64,000 nt of DNA, taken from Spongospora subterranea f. sp. subterranea (taxonomy: Eukaryota). The DNA lies in NCBI GenBank assembly GCA_049724395.1, contig JAUGWO010000015.1, positions 62,001-126,000 of the forward strand, written 5' to 3'. Numbering within the stretch: position 1 is the first letter of the stretch; each line of letters opens with the position of its first letter. Position numbers and translations under genes: made by a program. The notes beneath the pieces were generated by a model. It saw nothing but the letters and a program-made list of their open reading frames with translations, was not told where the DNA came from and did no database searches. Positions 22,716 through 34,753 of this stretch are shown here, in pieces.

Positions 22716-25521
22716 TAATTTCGAATGCCATGGCATCCAACAATCGGCTGGAATGATACCCGTGCAGGAACCCCTGATGGTCATGAAAATGCCATCGTAG
22801 CGGGGACAGAATTGTTGGTCGATTTGGGCCAGACTGCGACGATGGTGCCCATGATAAACGTTGAGCCCATAAAAGAATGAGCAATTACTGGATCAATGCA
22901 CTTCTGAAAGATGTGGGTATTGGGATATCACGGGCCTTACTCCATCGAGGGGAAATCATGGGTATCTGATGTTCCTATTCGTGGGTGCTCAAAGCCTCAA
23001 CAAACCTTTCAGCAAAAGATCGCGTCACCTATTGATGAGGAAGCTGGATAAGCCGACCTCGGAGCGATAAAGCGCTTCGTGGATCAATTGTTGTAGAACT
23101 CTTCCAACATTGCCTGGACTTGCGAACATCATCGTTGCCACTTTCTGGATCGAACGGTATATAATCGTAATCGCATTGCGAGCAATGGCCAACACACTGC
23201 GGGATGGTATCAACTGATATAATTGACTGGCGACACCCCCTTGAGTTCATCCCCTGATGATGACATTGGTTCGTGTCGGAGCAGTCGTCAGTCAATCTTG
23301 TCAGTTGACACAATACCCCAGTGTGCCAAATGTCACAATATTGCCATTGCTCGCAATGCGATTACGGATTATATTCCTTTCGATCCAGCTGTTGCGAAAG
23401 TCAATCGCTTCACGGCCCCGAGGTCGCCGTCATCCAGCTTCCTCACCAATATGTGACGCATTTTCCTGCTGAAGGTTTTGGTGAGGATTTGAGCATTTAT
23501 CGATCGTTTCAGCCCGGGGATCATTGCTCCAACAGACACGTCAGACAGGTATTCACGATTGGAGTGAAGGCCTGCGATATCCCAATACCCACAGCATTTA
23601 GGGGGGTATTATCCAGTAAATATGCAGGTCGTCATTGGTTCTTTGATATGTTTGTGTGTGATAAGGCCCATTTGTGTCACCATCTTGAGTCAACCTTGAA
23701 TGATGGTGAGAACGGTGTCAGTGACGCGATGTTGGATAACAGTCTCGAGCCCTGCGGTTGTCGCGACCGCGGCCGGTCAGCACACCTCCTTCCCTGTGCA
23801 TTTAGGGCCATCGGGGCTGTCGTTGACGGAGTTAGGGTTGTTGGGTCTCGTACCCTTTATTTTGTACTCCCCTTTATCTCGAATGAGCAATCCTCTTTAT
23901 TCTTTTACTTTACCAATAACGAATAATTATTATAACCGATAGTCCAATACCAACTCACGCAATATTCCAAAATAAATGCGATGTGGACGTTACAAACAAC
24001 GGGGTTCAGTCTTCTCTCCATTCAACCTTATGTACAGTGACATATGTTGTGAGTCACTCACCCCTCACAACATAGGTCACTGTACCTAAGGTTGAGTGGA
24101 GAGAAGACCTACCGTCACTCACAACATAGAAGTCACTCACTGTACATAAGGTTGAGTGGAGAGAAGACCTACCGTCACTCACAACATATGTCACTGTACA
24201 TAAGGTTGAATGGAGAGAAGACTGAACCCCGTTGTTTGTAACGTCCACATCGTATTTATTTTGGAATATTGCGTGAGTTGGTATTGGACTATCGGTTAAT
24301 TATTCGTTATTGGTAAAGTAAACGATAAAGAGGATCTCGACGAGATAAAGGGGAGTACAAAATAAAGGGTACGAGACCCAACAACCCTAACTCCGACAAC
24401 GACTGCCCCGATGGCCAAATGCACAGGGAAGGAGGTGTGCTGACCGGCCGCGGTCGCGACAACCGCAGGGCTCGAGACTGTTATCCAACATCGCGTCACT
24501 GACACCGTTCTCACCATCATTCAAGGTTGACTCAAGATGGTGACACAAATGGGCCTTATCACACACAAACATATCAAAGAACCAATGACGACCTGCATAT
24601 TCACTGGATAATACCCCCCTAAATGCTGTGGGTATTGGGATATCGCAGGCCTTCACTCCAATCGTGAATACCTGTCTGACGTGTCTGTTGGAGCAATGAT
24701 CCCCGGGCTGAAACGATCGATAAATGCTCAAATCCTCACCAAAACCTTCAGCAGGAAAATGCGTCACATATTGGTGAGGAAGCTGGATGACCGCGACCTC
24801 GGGGCCGTGAAGCGATTGACTTTCGCAACAGCTGGATCGAAAGGAATATAATCCGTAATCGCATTGCGAGCAATGGCAATATTGTTGACATTTGGCACAC
24901 TGGGGTATTGTGTCAACTGACAAGATTGACTGACGACTGCTCCGACACGAACCAATGTCATCATCAGGGATGAACTCAAGGGGGTGTCGCCAGTCAATTA
25001 TATCAGTTGATACCATCCCGCAGTGTGTTGGCCATTGCTCGCAATGCGATTACGATTATATACCGTTCGATCCAGAAAGTGGCAACGATGATGTTCGCAA
25101 GTCCAGGCAATGTTGGAAGAGTTCTACAACAATTGATCCACGAAGCGCTTCATCGCTCCGAGGTCGGCTTATCCAGCTTCCTCATCAATAGGTGACGCGA
25201 TCTTCTGCTGAAAGGTTTGGTGAGGCTTTGAGCACCCACGAATAGGAACATCAGATACCCATGATTTCCCCTCGATGGAGTAAGGCCCGTGATATCCCAA
25301 TACCCACATCTTTCAGAAGTGCATTGATCCAGTAATTGCTCATTCTGTTATGGGCTCATTCTTTTATGGGCTCAGCGTTTATCATGGGCACCATCGTCGC
25401 AGTCTGGCCCAAATCGACCAACAATTCTGTCCCCGCTACGATGGCATTTTCATGACCATCAGGGGTTCCTGCACGGGTATCATTCCAGCCGATTGTTTTG
25501 ATGCCATGGCATTCGAAATTA
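22716..25521. repeat. 2.8-kb palindrome; arms 22716-24054 and 24177-25521
   Basis: The arms are near-exact reverse complements, with mirror ORFs 23321-23926(+) and 24387-25016(-). They differ by scattered substitutions and indels. Confidence 0.97.
24008..24225. repeat. About 54-61-bp minisatellite at the palindrome centre (one copy inverted relative to three others)
   Basis: Unit ctcacaacata(g/t)gtcactgtacataaggttgagtggagagaagac(ctaccgtca). The orientation flips at gtgagt-c-actcac (24049-24061). Confidence 0.9.
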
Positions 25522-25832
25522 ATCGCCATGTGAATTACAACAGCTCAAAGACCTATCGCAATATATCAGTACCCCTCAAGATCTAGTAATCACGATATCA
25601 CCACTATATTATTGATTCCCGTGCCTTTTCATCGATTGGTTCCTGACCTAGCGCCATTTGAGAACGTCATCGTTTCTGTTATTAGGGTTGTCGCCGTACC
25701 CAAAGGCCGATTATGATGGGTCGGGAGTGCCAAAAAATATCTGGCTCTTAACCCCCGTTCATGAGCCCTGATATCTGCCCGTAATCACCGCTTCTTATCA
25801 TCGTCATCTCCAATCGCCCTAGTCTCTCCATA

Positions 25833-28800
25833 ATGATCAAGGCGCCATCCGTCATTCGCTGGACCAGCGTCGACGTCCCGGTCATCGCCAATCTGGAGCA
25901 CGAACAGGAGATCTGCGATCACATATCCAGCTATGGACGGGAGAAATATGTGCAGTTCATGAATCTGTTGGCGAAAGATCGTACCGCCTTGGCCAAGGTC
26001 ATGTCGTTCCTAGAGCAGCGCCATTGTACAATGTGGATTACCCGATTAGCGCCGGTATTTCCCCAGTCGATGATTTGCCTGGGCGATTGAGGACCGTTTC
26101 CCCTGATCAGATTGTCGCCATGTTCAGCATCGTGTTCTATATCGTGTCGACCTACGAGATCAGCGCCGGTCTTCGGCAGATGATGGTGATCGTTCAGGCG
26201 GCGGCCGGTGCGTTCTTCGTGGCGGTCCTGGCCATCCGCTCATTATTGGACGGATTCAACTATCTGGCGTCGAGCACGGGAATCATCGACGTCATCACCA
26301 ATATCCCATCGATATTCTCATTACTTGATCTGTTCGGCCTTGACCTAACTGTTCCAGCAATTCGGTCGGAACAAGCACTTGTCGCCCGCGATCTGGGGTT
26401 CGCGTTCTCAATCCCTCGTGCTGATATCTGTCCAGGATGATGGTTTTGTTGAGATTCATCCACGTCCAGCGTCTAGTTCGTTGTATATCGGGCCCAACGA
26501 CCCGCCAGATTCTGGTCGTCATCACCAGCGTGATCGGGATCGTCTTGGTATCAGCTGGCGCGTTCCAGTTCATCGAACAGCACTACAACAGCCACGAGGT
26601 CGATTTCCAGGACGCCAGTTTCTTTCTGTTCATGAACATCGTCACGATCGGTCAAGGAGACGTACGATTCCCTCACGAAGCCCAATGGTTTCGGTTCTAA
26701 TCGCGTCATCAGGTGCGAACCTTCACGATCGTGTCGAAGCTAATCATCCTGATGGCGGTGGCGTTCGGGTTCTGGAGAGTCCCTGGTGAGGTATTGACCC
26801 TGCTGCGTTCGTCGCAAGATATGAGCGACGTCACGATGGTGTCGATGGCGAACGCTTCGCATCACGTTGTCGTGCTGTTACCGCCCGACGTCACGTCCCA
26901 CGAGATCGACGAGTTCCTTGGGGAGCTATTCCATAGCAATCATGGCAATTCTGTATTGACGGTGGTGATATTGGCACCGGCACGAACCAACGTCATCATC
27001 AGGGATGAACTCAAGGGCCGAACGTATTTCAGGTGACATTGGCGATGGCCACGAGCTTGGGTCGTTAACCGAATCGCTGATGCTTTCGATGTTGACGTTG
27101 TAGGTTTCTGTACTTTCTAACAGGATCTCCACACGAAGACGCGGATTTGCAGCGATCGAACCTGGCGCGATCGAGGACCGTATTTGTCCTGTCGCGACGC
27201 TCGTGCACGTCGCTGGAGAACGAGAACGACGAGGACATCCACACGCTGCTGGCGGCGGTCTCGGTCAAGAACTTCTGCCCGGCCGTCCCCACGATTGTCC
27301 AGATCAACAATCCCCAGCACGGGAGCAACGCTCTGTGGCAGAACCTGTTCGCCTTCCCCAATATCCAGCTACTCTGTGTGAAACAGGTGAAGATGTCATT
27401 GTTGGCCGGGTCGTGCGTTTGCCCAGGGCTGCACGTTCTCGTCAGCAATATGCTGCAATCGTTCTGGGCCAATGTTGATCAGCAGGACGCCTGGCATAAA
27501 GAATGTAAAACACGGAAACGCCCTCGCAACCAATGCAACAGTCTCTAACGGCATTCGATTCTGGGCAGATATTCATGGGGCGACCAACGCCCTGTTCCCA
27601 ACCGTGTTCGGGGAGTATTTCGACGGGAAATCCTTCCCTCGACGCGTCGCTTGAGCTCTATTCGGCGCTGGGCGTGATGCCGTTGGCGACATGTACGCGA
27701 TCAGCGGGAGGGGAGTTCATGATTCTGCTGAACCCGGCCAATCACATTGTTCGATATGGGGATCTGGTCTACGTATTGGCCAGGAACCTCAATGACGCCA
27801 GTATGGTCGCCATATACCCCAATATCGCTATGGATCGCGCCAAGTCCAAAGAAATAGTCCAGAAACTGTTGTCCAATTCCGATCTGATCAGCTCGTTCCA
27901 GATGCGATCTCATGTAAAATCGCGTCATCGCAATGACGAATGTTTCGCTCTGATTCGTCTTGTTAGAGCGGTTCTCTCCAGGCAGAGCACGCCGGTGAGA
28001 AGAGGAAGGACACGACCGGCGGTCGATTGCATCTCGTGGAACATATCGTGATCTGTGGATATATCGACATGGCGATCTGCGAGCTGGTATCTACCCTACG
28101 CAAGCAATCGCTATCGGATGCGGTCCCGATCGTGGTCATCTTCGAATCGCCGCCGGCCAAGGATCTGGTCGCAACCCTGTCCACCTTCCCGAACATCACG
28201 TTGATGACGGGCGATCTGCAGGATCCTGCCGTCCTCCAGGCAGCCAATCTCGAGCTGGCCGACCACGTCATCCTTTTGGCGAACCCGTTCGCCAAAAAAC
28301 AGACCGATGTCCATGAACAGGTGGTCCAAGTCGATTTCGAGAGCGTCGTGTCGTTATTAGCGTTGGAGACCTATCTGCATTCGTCAGGTCGTAGCGGATC
28401 CGACACGAACATGTTGGTCGAGATCCTGTTCCTAAGCAATTTGCGTTTTATTCGCCCCAATTTCGTCTACACGCCGGCGGCGGTCAACGAGCTGAGCTCG
28501 AACGTGGCCCAGCTGCGATTGCCGCAGTTGGCGGCCGCCGATGGCAAGGTTCACGCCAGCGGTATGCTGCAATCGATCGCCGCTTTCTCCTTCTACAATC
28601 CTCATATCCCGTTGATTATGAACGCGGCAATATACGGTCAGATTATCGCCGTCGTCTGATCCCAACGTCTCCCGCCCTGAGATTTGATGTGTTGTCTTCA
28701 GGAACGGTAGAGAACCCGGAGTCGTCGCTGACGCGGATCGTCCTGGTGAAATTCCCAGAGCAGTTCATTGGATTAACCTACATGAAACTCATGGAATACC

Positions 28801-29550
28801 TGGTGGAGGAGTTCGCCGTTCTCCCCGTTGGATTGTTTCGGGGCCGATCCACCCATCGTAGCCCAGTTCCATACGTGTTCACCAATCCTCCAGCCGGGAC
28901 CATCATCTCCAGCGACGATCACGTCTACGTTGTGGCCCCGATCTCCACGGCCGACGACGCTAGACCGGTCATCAAGCACCACCATCGCCAATCGACCCTC
29001 ACGGCCGATCCCGATCTGGAGGTCGTCCTCTCGATCTATCGTCAGCATAAGCAGAGCCTTTCTAGCGGGATTCACCTATTCCATCACGCCCTTCGAACCA
29101 CTAAAACAGTAATTCAACAGCACAATTCGTTTTGTTTTCTGTTTGTTTTCTGTTTGTTTTCTGTTGAATTGTTTGTAATGGTTTTTTTTGGGGATTCCGA
29201 GGCTGATTCACAAATATTAGGGTGAAGAATCGGATATATTCGAAGCGGATTCAGCTCATGGTTGGATCGGTCGCCTGAGAATCTGGGCCCAAGAACTGTC
29301 GAGTCGCGATTGGTCAGCGAGCGCCACCAAAGTCCACGAGCCGCACGATTTTCGGGAGTTCATGCAGGAGAGGACGCATCGGATGGCGACCACGACCGTC
29401 AACGACCCGCTGGGACAGTTCGACGACGACGATGACGACGGCGGCGCCATTCACAATTCGTCGATCCTGCTGAAGGGCGTGAACGTGTCGGCGTATTCCA
29501 AAGAGAACTCGGTGGATTTCCTCAACCGAGCTCAAGACGACGACGAGTAA
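25833..29550 (+). CDS. Slo/BK-type calcium-activated potassium channel family protein (TM core plus two RCK domains)
   Basis: TM segments IIDVITNIP and LLRFIHVQRL, pore FLFMNIVTIGQGD, EFLGELFHSNH, EDIHTLL..SVKNF, KMSLLAGSCVCPGL..LVSN, HIVICG, GDLQDPAVLQAANL, SFYNP, LPVGLFR...PYVFTNPP. +1 frameshift at about 27637. Confidence 0.88.
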
Positions 29551-29587
29551 GTAGGATCTGGGGGGTCTTGTTATAAACTATATATGA

Positions 29588-30362
29588 TCATATCAACCAT
29601 GGTATATGGGTTATCGATCGCCTCAACTGCATCGCCCTCAGTTCCTTCCGATACTCATCGTACGATTGCGAATCGGTGTCGCCCTCGACCGTCGCTGGCG
29701 GCACCGCCCTCTGTGTACGCTTCTCTAATCGATCCATCCTGTCGATCAGTTCATTCATCCGCTTTAGCAGCTCGACATTACAGCAATCTGGTTTTGCCGG
29801 TTCGGCGTTGCGAGAGCGTTGTGGTTCTAAGTTGGTAATTGTTGGCGAGCTGCCTATTCCTGGATAACGAGTCCTGTAATAGGTCGAACGCCAGGCGGGT
29901 CAATAACTCGTCATCGATGAACAGGTCCACAATGACGAGGTTTTGATGCATTGCTTGGGCCAAGACCCATGCCGATTGAACAGATGAGAGACTCCCTCGT
30001 AGGTCAACATGGCGCAATGAACCAGATCCGTTCAGATGGATAACACGGTCGGCGAATCGCTCAATGAACGATGACGACAGGGAATTATAGGTGAGAATGA
30101 GGGAGCGGAGTGTGGACGAGAGGCGAATCGAGTCGATAAACGCAGCGAGGGTACTGGGTGGGAGAACACCTAAACCACAATGACGAAGGTCGAGAGCGGT
30201 TATGGAGTGGGAGATGGATATCTGATGGGATATTGATAACAATTGGGGATGGGTTAGATGGCGATAGGAATGGTCGATATCGGGGGAGGATGGGGATAAG
30301 GAAGGCGATGGACGATCGGATTGAGAAGATGAGGTCATTGGCCCTTCCGATGGGGAAGACAT
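29588..30362 (-). CDS. Leucine-rich repeat (RNI-like) protein with a short coiled-coil tail
   Basis: ITALDLRHCGLG, LRSLILTYNSL, LRHVDLRGSL. After a +1 shift at about 29793 it continues VELLKRMNELIDRMDRLEKR... Confidence 0.6.
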
Positions 30363-30493
30363 GCCCTGGGGGACACGACTAAACCAGATATTGGATAATG
30401 AGGGCACTTTGGCCCTAACAGGATATGATATTATGGGGGGAGATATGAATGTGCCATCAACTAGACAAAGATATACAACTGTCTATCTTTTTG

Positions 30494-31641
30494 TACAAAC
30501 CCACACTAATTGATAGGTCAGACCACCGTTCTATTTACAAACCCACACTAATTGATAGGTGCAGATTTAGTGTGGGCCACACTATTTACCAACCCACACT
30601 AATTGATAGGTGGCAGATTTAGTGTGGTCAAATCTCACACCCAATCAGCACAGGTTACAACATTTAGTGTGGGCCACACTATTTACCAACCCACACTAAT
30701 TGATAGGTGGCAGATTTAGTGTGGGCCACACTATTTACCAACCCACACTAATTGATAGGTGGCAGATTTAGGGTGGGCCACACTATTTACAAACCCACAC
30801 TAATTGATAGGTGGCAGATTTAGTGTGGGCCACACTATTTACACACAACCCACACTAATTGATAGGTGGCAGATTTAGTGTGGGCCACACTATTTACAAA
30901 CCCACACTAATTGATAGGTGGCAGATTTAGTGTGGGCCACACTATTTACCAACCCACACTAATTGATAGGTGGCAGATTTAGTGTGGGCCACACTATTTA
31001 CAAACCCACACTAATTGATAGGTGGCAGATTTAGTGTGGGCCACACTATTTACAAACCCACACTAATTGATAGGTGGCAGATTTAGTGTGGGCCACACTA
31101 TTTACCAACCCACACTAATTGATAGGTGGCAGATTTAGTGTGGGCCACACTATTTACAAACCCACACTAATTGATAGGTGGCAGATTTAGTGTGGGCCAC
31201 ACTATTTACAAACCCACACTAATTGATAGGTGGCAGTGTGGGCCACACTATTTACCAACCCACACTAATTGATAGGTGGCAGATTTAGTGTGGGCCACAC
31301 TATTTACAAACCCACACTAATTGATAGGTGGCAGATTTAGTGTGGGCCACACTATTTACCAACCCACACTAATTGATAGGTGGCAGATTTAGTGTGGGCC
31401 ACACTATTTACAAACCCACACTAATGTGGGCCACACTATTTACCAACCCACACTAATTGATAGGTGGCAGATTTAGTGTGGGCCACACTATTTTTACTAT
31501 TTACAAACCCACACTAATTGATAGGTGGCAGATTTAGTGTGGGCCACACTATTTACAAACCCACACTATTTACCAACCCACACTAATTGATAGGTGGCAG
31601 ATTTAGTGTGGGCCACACTATTTACCAACCCACACTAATTG
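30494..31641. repeat. Tandem repeat, 52-bp unit, about 22 copies, internally palindromic
   Basis: Unit ctatttac(a/c)aacccacactaattgataggtggcagatttagtgtgggccaca. Each unit contains the inverted pair cccacactaa / ttagtgtggg. Confidence 0.97.
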
Positions 31642-32335
31642 TTCACTAAACGGCTTAATAATTGTCCAGTATAATCCCGATTGGGAATCGCGATCTCAAG
31701 ATTCCTCAGACCTTCGACATCCCCAGATCTGATGGGCCAAGTTGCAAGGTGTATTGGACCTTCTCCAGGAGGAAAAATGGAGACGAAATGAACAATCCGA
31801 TTTCAAACTTTTCGACTGACCAGAAAGATTTGTGGATTCTTTACGATGGCGCTTTATTGTGAATGCCATAGAAATGGCCTGTTTGAGGCCACGTCTCGTA
31901 TTCCAGGTCCTGTCCGAAGGCTTTAACAAAGTCGTCCTTCGAAAACTTTTTGCCAGTTTTTCCAATCACCACACCGTCATTGGCAGCAATTCATTATCGT
32001 AATTTCGCCATAAATCGAAGGAATCCCATGAATTGGAACAGGTTACTCTCATCTGAGAGTTGAAGTTGTTCAAAGTTGGATGCAATTTCTTGAGAGATAC
32101 TGGATTCATCAGACGCGGACGGACAGCCTGAGGTGTCGGGGACTTGGACGTTTTCAGTGAAATTATCATTCCGGAGAAAGCGTGGCATAGAGAACCAGTT
32201 CATGACGACAAAACTGTTTTGATGACGCAACTGCTGTGAAAAATAAGGTCTCCATGATGCTGATTAAGCAAGTCAGATAATATACACTTTTGACTGTAAC
32301 TGTTAAACAAAACTCTCGCGGCCACCTACCCCGGA

Positions 32336-32740
32336 TAGTGAGGTAGATATGACATTAGAGTAAGGTAAATATGACATTAAGTGAGGTAGATATGATATGA
32401 GTATGAGGGGATAGTGAGGGATGATAGTGAGGTAGATATGATGTGATAGTGAGATAGGTATGATGTGATAGTGAGGTAGATATGATGTGATACGGTAGTG
32501 AGGTAGATATGATGTGATAGTGAGGTAGATATGAAATTAGAGTGAGGTAGATATGACATTAGAGTGCGGTACAGTGAGGTAGATATGACATTAGAGTGCG
32601 GTACAGTGAGGTAGATATGACATTAGAGTGCGGTACAGTGAGGTAGATATGACATTAGAGTGCGGTACAGTGAGGTAGATATGACATTAGAGTGCGGTAC
32701 AGTGAGGTAGATATGCCATTAGAGACTGGTAGATATGAAG
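32336..32740. repeat. Tandem repeat grading from a degenerate 22-bp unit to a 32-bp unit
   Basis: Core agtgaggtagatatga. The 32-mer agtgcggtacagtgaggtagatatgacattag recurs at about 32563, 32595, 32627, 32659 and 32691. Confidence 0.93.
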
Positions 32741-32938
32741 TGAATGGTTGTAAGGGGTAGTACGGAGTCCGTCCCCATCTCTGGCCATGGCCAGTCCCAA
32801 ACCCAAACAGCCAACCGGGAATTTGCCAAAGAGCCATCGATTCCCAGGTCGGCGAGGGACCAGCACTGGCTTGATCGGACCAAACACACCTTGCCCTATA
32901 GTATACGCTAGTGACCTGAACAAAGAAACCAAGACAAG

Positions 32939-34689
32939 ATGGGGATTTTGGAGAAGATTGCCGAAATTGAGGCAGAGATGCACCGTACTCAAAAGAATAA
33001 AGCGGTATCAATTAATGATGAATACTGAATGAAATCTACATAAATTAACGCCTTGACTACATAGACAAATTATCATCTCGGTACTCTTAAGGCGAAGATT
33101 GCCAAGCTGAGAACAGAGTTAATGGAAGGTCCTAAAGGCAGTAAAGGAGGAGGTGAGGGATTCGATGTAATGAAAAGTGGCGATGCCCGAGGTATATATG
33201 TTTATTGGAACACATGTTCGCCATCTGATCAATTCTGGGCTCGATATCAGTTGCATTAATCGGGTTCCCTTCCGTCGGTAAATCCACTCTATTGAACGTA
33301 TTAACCGATACGGAAAGTGCTGCCGCCAGCTACGAATTCACAACGCTAACGTGCATGTAAGACTATCCCCTCGTGCAAACCCCATCAACACTAAACTCGT
33401 ATTATAGCCCTGGTGTCATTCATTATAACGAGGCCAAAATCCAGCTGTTGGATCTCCCTGGTATCATCGAAGGCGCTGCCCAAGGTGCTGGTAGAGGGCG
33501 TCAGGTCAGAATTACACTCACGAAAATGTTTGCTTTTTCATTGCAATGTTCGGTTTGTTCGAAGCTCTGATTTGTTTGGTCAATGTGTCGCCATCACAAT
33601 CACGGCGTGGATCTGAGGTGGTGATAGGTGATTTCTGTGGCGAGAACCAGCGACCTGATATTGATGATGTGCGATGCGACCAAGGCCGACATACAGAGGC
33701 CATTGCTGGAGCGAGAACTCGAGACGGTCGGGATCAGATTGAACAAACCGCGGCCGCAAATCACGTTCAAGAGGTGGGCAGGAATTTGCACCCTGGGTTT
33801 GGCGATTGATGGCATATTGTGCAGGAAACCGACCGGAGGAATCATGTTTAATAAGACATGCAAATTAACACAATGCCCCGAGGTAAACTTCGTCACTGAT
33901 TTACGCTAACGTTCTTGTCGAATTCTGATTGGGTCTGGGTCAGGAGGTGGCGAGGAAGATTCTCCAAGAATATCGAATTCACAATGCCGATGTTGGAAAC
34001 CACATTCAATTTCGACCAGTATCCCAATTGGCTAAGCACTCGTCTGGTTAGGTTCTGTTTCGGGCCGATGAGAGCGTGGAAGACTTTATCGACGTGATCG
34101 AAGGGAATCGCGTATATCTTCCTTGTCTTTATGGATACAATAAGATTGACACGATTGTAATCTCCGAATCGTATTCCGTTCGTGGTGAATGCGGCCCTAA
34201 TCTCCTTTTTCAATCCCGTAGTTTATTGAAGAAGTTGATCGCCTTGCGCGTTTACCCCATTCCGTCGTCCTATCTGGAAATCAGTCCCTTAATCTGGACA
34301 CGATGCTCTTCCAGATCTGGCGCCATCTTTCGTTTATCCGAATTTTCGCCAAACCCAAAGGTATTTACAGCTTGGGGTTCCGCTTTCCGGTCTTCATGAT
34401 CTCATGACCAATTCTCTATAGGTCAGGCCCCTGATCTCAAAGAGCCAGGTAATCGCCAACGATCTTCTCCCACCGAACCCTCTATTCGTTGCTCAATTCT
34501 TTTCGTTCAGTTATCATGAGGAAGGGGTCAACGGTCTCGACATTCTGCCACGCGCTGCACCGCGATCTGGTCGCCAAGTTCAAGTACGCGTTCGTCTGGG
34601 GCGTTAGCGCCAAACATATGCCCCAGCGAGTGGGTCTGGCCCACGTCTTAGCTGACGAAGATGTCGTTCAGCTGATCACAAGCCAGTAA
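32939..34689 (+). CDS. DRG2: Developmentally regulated GTP-binding protein 2
   Basis: [76 protein letters not shown], and a TGS domain (PQRVGL.HVL.DEDVVQ). Confidence 0.95.
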
Positions 34690-34753
34690 ATTCATCTATT
34701 CATCATCATTTTTCTCCAAAATACACCGATTTCAGCTCCGAACGAAACGTTCT

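Noticed and set aside
23321..25016. About 200-aa Cys/His-rich ORFs at 23321-23926 (+) and 24387-25016 (-) as real genes
   Set aside because: They are mirror products of the palindrome with no recognisable domain, and their frames diverge between arms through indels.
30494..31641. CRISPR-like appearance (regular, palindromic repeats)
   Set aside because: There are no unique spacers, the units are contiguous copies, no cas genes are present, and the context is eukaryotic.
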